In this document: positions 8,644 to 17,019 of the stretch, in pieces
How the letters are laid out: every line of letters begins with the position of its first letter
Position numbering within the stretch: the stretch's first letter is position 1
Source: Gemmatimonadota bacterium
Lineage (GTDB): Bacteria > 4572-55 > J002
Direction of reading: 5' to 3'
NCBI GenBank assembly: GCA_003697105.1
Contig: RFFQ01000136.1
Coordinates: 1 to 38,226, forward strand
DNA length: 38,226 bases
Notes under the pieces: model-generated
What the model was told of the DNA's origin: nothing
Database searches by the model: none
What the model saw: the letters and a program-made list of their open reading frames with translations, nothing else
Position numbers and translations under genes: made by a program

Positions 8644-10677
8644 CTAATCTAAGGTGATAGAATATGACACTTTTACTGAAAATTCCCGAGACATATCTGG
8701 GAGTGGTGCGTGAAAACCATCATAAGGTTGAAGATAAACATTTTTTTCATCTAGGAGGTTGTAAATGCCCAATCCGACGTCCAAACCATCATATAGCAAA
8801 TCCGACGCCTGTAAATAGAGATGAAATAGCATTATGGGTTCATATTTTTTCAACATAGGAGATTCGTATTGGTCGGGGGCATAGCCATATCGTTTGCTCA
8901 TGGCAACAACGGAAGGATTAAGAGAGATGTGGTCATTGAGCTTCAGATGGGTACTTGCTGTAAATTTGTGCGCGGGGAAGGCTAAATGTAATTGATCTTC
9001 TCCCGGCACCTGATAATCCGGCACTTTATCATAAGCAACTTGATAAAATGAATAGGTTAGATTCGCATAACCCCGGTTGTTACGGTATTTATACTCAACT
9101 TCGATGCCTTGCGTACCGCTCTCCTCAAAATTGAGATAATATTCGATGTCAAACACCTCATCATATACATACACAATCGGGTCTTTAATTTTCGTATGGT
9201 AAACATTGGCAACCACAGCATTGTTATCCGATAATTGATACCCCAATTCCACCTCGTACACTGATGTATTTTCGGTATCGATCTTTTTGTGGATTGCGCC
9301 TTCTGCAATCCCGATCTGATTCGTGCGAACATGTTCAATAGCGGGGGCGCGAAAAGCAGCGCTCACCAGTGCTTTGATATGAAATCGCTTGCGCGTATGA
9401 GTTAAAGCGATTCGGGGTACAAAGGAATTGCCATACGCATCGTGATCATCGTATCGCGCACCAAGCGTCAGGTTAAACCAATCCCGATTGATCAGTAATT
9501 GGCTCAACAGCGCAATATTGTTGTAATCAACCTCTTTTTTGCCGTCATAATAGTTTTCTGGGAGGGTTTTATCGCCGACGACCGCTTTTTCATTAAAAAA
9601 CTCACCGCCCACGATCAGATTGGTTTGTGGATTAATATCGTACGATGCTACCAACTTAGTTTTGATCTGGTCAACATGGGTATCCAAAAAAAGATAATCA
9701 TCCGGTGCAACTTCATCATTAAACCATGAATATTGACGCTTGAAATCAATTTGAGGTGTCAACGTCAGATGTTCGCCCCAATGGTAGGTGTATTTTATTT
9801 CTCCAAAATAGGAATCAAAATCGATAAAAGGGGGTTGGGGGTACACTATATCATCTACGACGGCTTCATCAAAAGCATCTCGTTGGGTGGTGTGGTACTT
9901 GTCCATCACCCAGCGCGCGCTAAATCCTTTATAACCCAAACTCAGACTCACATTCATCGGGTTTAAATCAGAATTATGCGTCATGTCATAGGTTTGCTCG
10001 TAAAAATCGGTGTAGGTGCGGTCACTACGGATGCCCTCACCGCCAAAGATCGATGCACTCAGGTGCAAATGGTCAAAAACACGACCATACGCTAAACTCA
10101 CCTGCCGCCGGGCAGTCGTATTGGTTGTACTGCCATACACACCCGTTAAAAACAGCCCGTTTAAGTCCGTTGCGCGTTTGGTGGTAATGTTGATCACGGC
10201 GAGTTCCGCATAGCCACCGTACAACGGAGACCCGGGACCCCGGATAATTTCAATCGATTGAATGAAATCAACGGGAAAATGGTGTCCAAACTGAAGCGTA
10301 GAATATAAGCGTTCGTTGTATTCTAATCCATCGATCAGGAGCAACACCTTGCCTTCGTTTGCCCAATTTCCGCGCATTCCCACGCCAACCACGCCCTGTA
10401 CATCCACACCAAAATCAAACCCGGGCACCAAGCGCAAGACATCAATCAGATCACGAGCACCCGAATGTTGAATTTGTTCCGCCGTAATGCGGGTCACAAT
10501 TCCGGGAGATTCGCGTAAAGTCAACGGTTTAATCGAAGCAACCGTGACGACCTCATCCAACAGATTTTCAAGCTCGTAAAAACTCAATTCTTCCTCGGCA
10601 CTAGACTGTGCCCACACGAGGTGCCACGGCAAGAGTAAGCTCACCAGAACCCCCATTAAACACCATAGTTTAGGCAT
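8644..10677 (-). CDS. TonB-dependent outer-membrane receptor (second in operon)
   Basis: Signal peptide; DLIDVLRLVPG, VLLLIDG, SIEIIRGPGSPLYG, VINITTK, GARYDD, AFRAP, NLLDE. Confidence 0.95.
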   Translation of the reverse strand: MPKLWCLMGVLVSLLLPWHLVWAQSSAEEELSFYELENLLDEVVTVASIKPLTLRESPGIVTRITAEQIQHSGARDLIDVLRLVPGFDFGVDVQGVVGVGMRGNWANEGKVLLLIDGLEYNERLYSTLQFGHHFPVDFIQSIEIIRGPGSPLYGGYAELAVINITTKRATDLNGLFLTGVYGSTTNTTARRQVSLAYGRVFDHLHLSASIFGGEGIRSDRTYTDFYEQTYDMTHNSDLNPMNVSLSLGYKGFSARWVMDKYHTTQRDAFDEAVVDDIVYPQPPFIDFDSYFGEIKYTYHWGEHLTLTPQIDFKRQYSWFNDEVAPDDYLFLDTHVDQIKTKLVASYDINPQTNLIVGGEFFNEKAVVGDKTLPENYYDGKKEVDYNNIALLSQLLINRDWFNLTLGARYDDHDAYGNSFVPRIALTHTRKRFHIKALVSAAFRAPAIEHVRTNQIGIAEGAIHKKIDTENTSVYEVELGYQLSDNNAVVANVYHTKIKDPIVYVYDEVFDIEYYLNFEESGTQGIEVEYKYRNNRGYANLTYSFYQVAYDKVPDYQVPGEDQLHLAFPAHKFTASTHLKLNDHISLNPSVVAMSKRYGYAPDQYESPMLKKYEPIMLFHLYLQASDLLYDGLDVGLGIYNLLDEKNVYLQPYDGFHAPLPDMSREFSVKVSYSITLD

Positions 10678-10692
10678 GGAAACCCCCTTTCA

Positions 10693-12909
10693 TCAAAAGT
10701 GGTATCGAAATCGTGCCCAAAAACTGGTCTCTTCTAAAGCAGGCGTGCCATCTGATAAATCGGGACCCTCTGCATTACTGTTCATCGGGTATAAATTATC
10801 CTGATTTAGCAAGTTTTTAATATTGACCGACACGTCGATTTGCGGGGTAAATTCATAAATGGCACCCACATTAACAATATGATTCCCATCCACCGCTTGA
10901 TCGCGCGGAGAATACCATTGATAATAATAGAGATAATTCATGGCGATGGTAGATTGAGGTGTTGGCGTGGCAATCACATTCAGGCGTGTCACATTTTCGG
11001 GGAAAGCTTTAAAGTTGAGGTCATTTGTGAGGTACATACTGGCGCGTTGTTGGTCAGGGGCATCGCTAATTTTCACCAAAGCATGGCTCAGATTCAGGCT
11101 ATATTTTTCCTGCGTGTAGGTCAAGCTAGCTTCCACGCCGTATTGTTTAATTTTCCCATCGTTATTTTTGAAGAACCAGTACCCGTTCCAATCCCCGGGA
11201 ACATCCGAACCAATTGTAACCATTGGGAAGACCTCCGGATCGCGCCAGATCACCCCCACATCAATCACGTTTTCAATGACATTATAAAACCCAACCGCAT
11301 CAAGAACCACATTCGGGGCGGGTTTGTAATTTGCCGCTAGCTCAAAACTACTCATACTTTCGGGTTCGGTTTCTGTTTGATCCGGCTCATACGCCCCGGT
11401 TGGATTGCCATTCGCATCATAGATGGGAATTTGCGCCGCATGAATTTGATCAAAATTTTCACCCGATAACAAACCATCATTCCGGTAACCGCCCCCATAA
11501 TGGACGCCTGCCGCCCCACGAAAACCGGTCTGCCACGAAAAACGGAGCCGCAAATCATCGGTGGGGACATATAATACTCCCAAACGCGGTGACAGATGAC
11601 TCCCCCAGAAAGGATGCTGGTCATACCGGAACGCCCCGAATATATCCAATTGCGGTGCCATCTGGTAAAAATCTTCAACAACTAGACTCAACACATCAAT
11701 TTCATCAGGATACCCCCACGTCCGTTGCACATTTGCCTGTGGTAGGGCTTCCAACGTTGCTTCATTTAACACATTGATAATAAAATTATCGCCGTTGATG
11801 TTTTCCTGACCAAATTCAAAGCGCCGGTATTCCGCCCCAATTGCCAACTGATGGTGCTCAAAAAGATGATTTAGATTCAAAATAGAAGTAATCCCGTAGC
11901 GGTTTTCGCGAGTGCCCCCAGCCGTTAATCCCATCACCGAAGAGAGGAAAAAATCATCACGAGCCAGCAGTGCCCGCGTTCGCAAGGTGATATGTTCCGA
12001 AAATGAATAATGATGCTCTAGCCCTAGCATCGTCAACACTTCCCGGGTCCGGTTGCGGTCACGATAAAAGTTGTATAGGTCTTTTTGTTGGTCAACATAA
12101 AGCAAATTGAGTTTAAGCTGCCCGGATTCTATTGCGCCAAATGCCGTGGTGTTATCCGTCCGTTTAAGGCGAGTGCCAATATCTGCCACAGTACCGCCAG
12201 TTATTCCTTCATTTGTTTTATTGAGTGCCCAGCCTTCTTCTCGCAACTCTTGCCCATCATAGCGCGAACTGGAAAGATAGAAATAGCTGGAGAGCGCATC
12301 CGTCTGGATGGACGTCTCCAGCGCACCAAGGGCGAGACGATCTAAACCACCAGAGCCGGTGATAGCGGATTGAGCCATATTTTGCGAGGCACTACCCGAC
12401 TTCGTCACAATATTAATAACACCCAACAACGCACCCTGACCTAACGTTACGGAACCGGGACCTCGAATCACTTGAACGTGGTCAATCCACTCATAATTGA
12501 TTGTGTTCAAAATCGCATCGGGAGGTCCCCAAAACCATTCGGTATTCAGGTAATGTCCATTCATCAACAGCATCACTTTGGAATTGTTATCCGGGGCTAA
12601 TCCTCGAAAACCGGCAATGATGTCATCTTGGTCTTCAACAAGAAAAAACCCGGGAACATACATCATGATCGCTTCACTGAGGGTGCGGGCGCCACTGAGC
12701 TCGAGTTGGCGGTGGGAGATGGTGGTGATGGAGACCGGTTGCCGCTCCTTTGCGGTTACAACATTCGAGGCAACGGTGATATTGGAAACATTTAGCAGAT
12801 GTTCCAACTCGTAAAAGAGGAGTTCTTCTTCTGCAGAGTCTTGGGCAAAAAGGGAAGAAGGATACATACCTAAGCTAAGAAGCACACACATCACACCCAA
12901 CATACGCAT
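10693..12909 (-). CDS. TonB-dependent outer-membrane receptor (first in operon)
   Basis: AAGGAGG RBS; signal peptide; VQVIRGPGSVTLGQGALLGVINIVTK; RYD, SPRLG, NLLNQ; ends RFRYHF. Confidence 0.95.
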   Translation of the reverse strand: MRMLGVMCVLLSLGMYPSSLFAQDSAEEELLFYELEHLLNVSNITVASNVVTAKERQPVSITTISHRQLELSGARTLSEAIMMYVPGFFLVEDQDDIIAGFRGLAPDNNSKVMLLMNGHYLNTEWFWGPPDAILNTINYEWIDHVQVIRGPGSVTLGQGALLGVINIVTKSGSASQNMAQSAITGSGGLDRLALGALETSIQTDALSSYFYLSSSRYDGQELREEGWALNKTNEGITGGTVADIGTRLKRTDNTTAFGAIESGQLKLNLLYVDQQKDLYNFYRDRNRTREVLTMLGLEHHYSFSEHITLRTRALLARDDFFLSSVMGLTAGGTRENRYGITSILNLNHLFEHHQLAIGAEYRRFEFGQENINGDNFIINVLNEATLEALPQANVQRTWGYPDEIDVLSLVVEDFYQMAPQLDIFGAFRYDQHPFWGSHLSPRLGVLYVPTDDLRLRFSWQTGFRGAAGVHYGGGYRNDGLLSGENFDQIHAAQIPIYDANGNPTGAYEPDQTETEPESMSSFELAANYKPAPNVVLDAVGFYNVIENVIDVGVIWRDPEVFPMVTIGSDVPGDWNGYWFFKNNDGKIKQYGVEASLTYTQEKYSLNLSHALVKISDAPDQQRASMYLTNDLNFKAFPENVTRLNVIATPTPQSTIAMNYLYYYQWYSPRDQAVDGNHIVNVGAIYEFTPQIDVSVNIKNLLNQDNLYPMNSNAEGPDLSDGTPALEETSFWARFRYHF

Positions 12910-12987
12910 GTTAATGCCTCCTTTCGTGGTGGTGTAGTCGCGGGGTCAATCCATCTCATATCACTCCATATCGATGGGGTATGTAGC

Positions 12988-13017
12988 ACCATACCACACA
13001 CCAAAAAGGGTTGTCAA
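12988..13017 (-). promoter_or_regulatory. Putative sigma70 promoter of the receptor-kinase operon
   Basis: TTGACA-18 bp-TATGGT with an extended -10 TGn on the minus strand. Confidence 0.55.
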
Positions 13018-13025
13018 TCCTTTTT
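13003..13025. promoter_or_regulatory. 23 bp near-perfect palindrome centred on the -35 box (candidate operator)
   Basis: AAAAAGG-G-TTG-T-CAA-T-CCTTTTT: 10 of 11 symmetric pairs match. Confidence 0.5.
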
Positions 13026-13150
13026 ATTAAAAAAGAGTTCTAAAATCATTTGACCCACTCTGCCGGAATAAATGGTTGCTGATCCGGTAAAATCGGTTTA
13101 TTTTATCCAATATTCACTATATTATGGTACGTTGATGGGGAGGACACATC

Positions 13151-13591
13151 ATGAAATCCATTTGGAAGGACATTATCCGGTTTAATATGGATAAAACCCC
13201 TGGGATAGAAGGGCTTTACGAACCCAAACCGTCCACCGGTGTTAAAATTTACGCCGGAAGCGGAGAGGCGTGGGCGGGTATTCCGGCGGATAATTCGGAC
13301 GACGTCCGGCTCGATATTTCCAACGAGGACTATCTGATCATTCACACCGAAGAAGTCGGTCTGCGAAGCATCCACCACGTGGACTGGCAACGCATTGTTG
13401 ATATCGTCTTTTTGATCAAAACGGAGATAGTCAAAACCCAGATTGTCGAAGAAACCCCCGAGGAGATCATCATTGATTGGCATCACCAAAAATTACGGCT
13501 ACCGCGGGAGTTCATCAACATCAAATCCCGGCAGGAGGATAAAGTGGTACTCACCTTACCGGAATGGGTGTACCAACAAATATTCAAGTAA
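13151..13591 (+). CDS. Hypothetical protein, 146 aa
   Basis: Strong GGGGAGGA RBS, protein-like composition, 14 bp upstream of the AsmA-family gene on the same strand. Confidence 0.8.
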   Translation: MKSIWKDIIRFNMDKTPGIEGLYEPKPSTGVKIYAGSGEAWAGIPADNSDDVRLDISNEDYLIIHTEEVGLRSIHHVDWQRIVDIVFLIKTEIVKTQIVEETPEEIIIDWHHQKLRLPREFINIKSRQEDKVVLTLPEWVYQQIFK

Positions 13592-13605
13592 GTTAGGGAG
13601 GCTAT

Positions 13606-16215
13606 ATGAAAAAGGGTCTTAAAATTGCCGGCATCATCGTCGGGGTAGGGCTGTTGCTGTTCGTAGCACTTATCGCCGTAATTTACATCCTCTTTCCCCC
13701 CGCCAAAGTGATGCACCGGATCGAAACCGAAGTGGAAAACGCTACCCAGCGCGACGTCACCATCGGATCGGCAAGATTGAGTTTTAAAGGAGGGGTGGGC
13801 TTCCAACTGGAAAATTTTACCATTTCGAGCCCGGCAAACTTTGAAGATGCAGGTGATATGATCCAACTGGGTAAATTGGATATCAAGGTCAATTTAGGAC
13901 AGTTACTGGCAAAACAGCTCGTCATAAACGACATCCAGATTAATGATGTTACCCTTAACCTTCGGGTCAAAGCGGATTCCACCACCAATTTCACCTTTGG
14001 TAAAGAGACTCCTACCGGTACGGAGGGGGAAGATAAACCCCCTACCACGCCAGAAACCGCCACGTTACCGGCAACGTTCGCCGTCCCCCTGAAGATTCAC
14101 AACGCCAACATCACTTACGTGGATGAAACCACTGCCAAGAGTGTACGCCTTCAGCAGATCGACAGCCAAATCACCCTCAAGGCGGATCACCCAACGCAAA
14201 CCATCGATCTGGCAATGACCCTCACAATTCCGGCAGGGGACATCTTGCAAAATGGGGCATCCATTGCCCCATTTGATCTGTTCCCCATGAATGTGGAGAT
14301 CGAAAACCAAATAAAACTGGCCGATCAACAGTACGACCTGACTAAACTCACCATCAATATCGGGCAGATTGCCTTGCATGCCACATCAAACGGCGCATGG
14401 CGCGAAAACCAGTTTGAATTAACCGATTTGACAGCCAACTACGGCAATACTCGCCTCGGATTCAGTGCCAACCTGACCAACCTGAAACAAAACACCGGCA
14501 CGTACACCCTCCAGTTGTACAGCGATTTAGGCGAACTCAAGCGGCAATTACCCCTCAAGCTACCACTGGCAAAAGTGGAAGGCACGATCAACGGGCAGTT
14601 TACGGGTACAATCCCCACCGGTACGACCCTGCCCCTCGCCGCCGTGTTACCTGCCGGCAACCTCAATCTCAATCAGATTACCCTCCAAGTCGATGAAAAA
14701 CTCCCCGCAATTGAGCAGATCAGCGGCACCTTGCACCTGGCAGATCAACACCTTCAGTTGGAAAATTTCACGGCACAAATTGGTGAGTCCCAACTGGGAT
14801 TCCAACTTTCCTCCAACCTTGCCCCCCTCCACAAACTGGAGGATTGGGAGCAGTTGGTCCTCCAATATGCCTTGATCGGTGACATCGATCTGGCACAGGT
14901 CAAAGCCCAAGCCCCGCCAGAGTTCCCGCTGGACACACTCGCCGGACGTATTAAATTAAACCTGAGTGACCGGATCCATCCCAAGCGCGATCTACAGGAT
15001 GTCTCCCAGCTCGTACCAAAAGGGAGTGTGATTGTCGAGAATGTCCGCGCCAGCTTTCCCCCACAAGATAGCTTGCCCCCCATCACCGATCTGGACGCCA
15101 CCCTCGACCTTGCCGGAGAGGGGCGGATACGTATCCGCCAAATTCATGCAAACGTCAACCAGAACCCAATGGACATCACCGGAAGCGCAGATTTACGGCA
15201 GTTCAAAACGATAGAAGACCTAGATAAAATTCAGATCGAAATTGCGTTTAATAGCCCCCAACTCGATCTCCAAAGCCTGCTCCCCCCACCTAATCCCGAA
15301 AAAAAAGACGTAGTGATACCCCCGTTACCCACCATTCACGGTACAGCCAACATCAACACCCTGATCGTGGATAAGATTCCGGTAAAGAATATCAACGCAC
15401 GGATTGCGGTCCAAAATCAAATTATTGAAATAGAAGATTTAGACCTAAATGTGTTTGGTGGCTCGGTTGATCTGCAAAGCCGCTTTAATTTGGCGGATAC
15501 CACTTACCAGATGACCACCCGCGTGGAACGCATGCAAGCAAACGACTTTTTTACCACCCTGTTTGAGCCGGTGCGCAATGTGGTGTACGGCACCCTCAAT
15601 TTCAATGCGGATGTAAGCGGGCGAACGTTCGATCCCGATTCGATCAAGCAAAATTTGGTTAGCCATGGCCGGTTGGAAATACAGAATGGGCAGGTGATGA
15701 ATCTGGACATGCTAAAAGAAGCCTCGCGGGTCGTGAGCGTGTTTAACTTTGATACCATCGATTTTACCGATGCCTTCACGAATTTTACGGTGGAAGATGG
15801 CAAGTATTCCTTCGGGCAATTGGACATCCATAGTAACGATGCGGATTACTATGTCACCGGTTATTGTACCCTAGATGGCGCGTTAAATTACAAAGTACGG
15901 GTGTTACTCTCCAAAGCCCGCACCGAACCGATCAATATCCCGCAAAAAGACCTGTTCCTGAGTGAAGATGGACGTTTCATCATTGATCTGAATATTGGCG
16001 GCATGTTCACCCGCCCCAAAGTCACGTGGGATAAAACCGGTACGATGGAACGAGCAAAACAAAAGGTCAAAGATAAGGCTACGGAAGAAGCTGGTAAATT
16101 GTTGGATAACGTGGAAGATAAGATCGATGAACAATTGCAGGATAAACTAGGGTCTTCTGCTGATTCCTTGAAAGAACAGGGTAAAAACATGTTGAAAGGG
16201 TTGTTTGGGCGATAA
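13606..16215 (+). CDS. AsmA-family protein
   Basis: N-terminal TM anchor, ATQRDVTIG, KVNLGQLL..QLVIN; repeated beta-rich segments; C-terminal LNIGGMFTRPKV plus helical tail ending LKGLFGR; GGAGG RBS. Confidence 0.88.
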   Translation: MKKGLKIAGIIVGVGLLLFVALIAVIYILFPPAKVMHRIETEVENATQRDVTIGSARLSFKGGVGFQLENFTISSPANFEDAGDMIQLGKLDIKVNLGQLLAKQLVINDIQINDVTLNLRVKADSTTNFTFGKETPTGTEGEDKPPTTPETATLPATFAVPLKIHNANITYVDETTAKSVRLQQIDSQITLKADHPTQTIDLAMTLTIPAGDILQNGASIAPFDLFPMNVEIENQIKLADQQYDLTKLTINIGQIALHATSNGAWRENQFELTDLTANYGNTRLGFSANLTNLKQNTGTYTLQLYSDLGELKRQLPLKLPLAKVEGTINGQFTGTIPTGTTLPLAAVLPAGNLNLNQITLQVDEKLPAIEQISGTLHLADQHLQLENFTAQIGESQLGFQLSSNLAPLHKLEDWEQLVLQYALIGDIDLAQVKAQAPPEFPLDTLAGRIKLNLSDRIHPKRDLQDVSQLVPKGSVIVENVRASFPPQDSLPPITDLDATLDLAGEGRIRIRQIHANVNQNPMDITGSADLRQFKTIEDLDKIQIEIAFNSPQLDLQSLLPPPNPEKKDVVIPPLPTIHGTANINTLIVDKIPVKNINARIAVQNQIIEIEDLDLNVFGGSVDLQSRFNLADTTYQMTTRVERMQANDFFTTLFEPVRNVVYGTLNFNADVSGRTFDPDSIKQNLVSHGRLEIQNGQVMNLDMLKEASRVVSVFNFDTIDFTDAFTNFTVEDGKYSFGQLDIHSNDADYYVTGYCTLDGALNYKVRVLLSKARTEPINIPQKDLFLSEDGRFIIDLNIGGMFTRPKVTWDKTGTMERAKQKVKDKATEEAGKLLDNVEDKIDEQLQDKLGSSADSLKEQGKNMLKGLFGR

Positions 16216-16314
16216 TCGACCGAAAAACGGCAGTGAACCATCCATTCAAACCCTTTAGGGTAGTTAAATTTTATTCTCCTCAACTCCGAAAATTTGGCGA
16301 ACCTAGGGGAAATA

Positions 16315-17019
16315 TCATGTCTCCTGGGTTACTCCCCCCATGAGACGGCGCAAGTCATCATCATGTCCAAACAGTACCAAGATGTCGCCTTCTTCGAGGG
16401 TATCTTGCGGGCGGGGGACGTCACAGACTTTCTCCCGCACAACCAGTTTACCCCATAGATTGCGTTCCGTGACCTGTCGTTTGATGGTGATAATATTGAT
16501 CTGATAGCGCTCCCGCAGTTGTAATTCCACAATGGATTTTCCGACAAAATCCGGCGGAGTTACCAGTTGAACAATACTGTGCTGGTCACCCAATTCCATC
16601 TGCTCTTGAATGATCCCACTAATCAGATGATTTGCCACCCGATACCCCACCTCTTCTTCCGGTAAGATGACCTGATCACAGCCCACCTGTTCCAAAATAT
16701 CCTTTTGTAGATGAGTTGCTGCACGAGAAACTACTTTACGCACCCCTAACTGTTTCAGTTGCACCACCGTTAAAAGGCATTCCTCAAATTCTTTCCCGAT
16801 CCCGACAACGGCGGCATCAACCGTGGCTATATCCTGTGCTAACAGCGCTTTAGGGTTGGTCGCATCTAACTGGACGGCGACCATGACCTGATCTTTGATG
16901 CGTTCAATCAACTCAAAATTTTTATCAACCGCAATGACTTCCGCACCCATCTGACTTAGTGATTCGGCAACTCGCCAGCCAAATAAGCCCAAACCGATAA
17001 CGGCAAACCGTTTTTTCAT
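16315..17019 (-). CDS. ktrA: Ktr/Trk potassium uptake regulatory subunit (RCK_N + RCK_C)
   Basis: FAVIGLGLFG Rossmann motif, VIAVD, LDAT, VILPEEEVG, VGKSIVELQLRERY, LEEGDILVLFG; ATGA overlap with the channel gene. Confidence 0.9.
   Translation of the reverse strand: MKKRFAVIGLGLFGWRVAESLSQMGAEVIAVDKNFELIERIKDQVMVAVQLDATNPKALLAQDIATVDAAVVGIGKEFEECLLTVVQLKQLGVRKVVSRAATHLQKDILEQVGCDQVILPEEEVGYRVANHLISGIIQEQMELGDQHSIVQLVTPPDFVGKSIVELQLRERYQINIITIKRQVTERNLWGKLVVREKVCDVPRPQDTLEEGDILVLFGHDDDLRRLMGGVTQET

Noticed and set aside
12910-13150. Cobalamin/TPP riboswitch or Fur box upstream of the receptors
   Set aside because: The leader is only ~70 nt and no recognisable conserved boxes are present.
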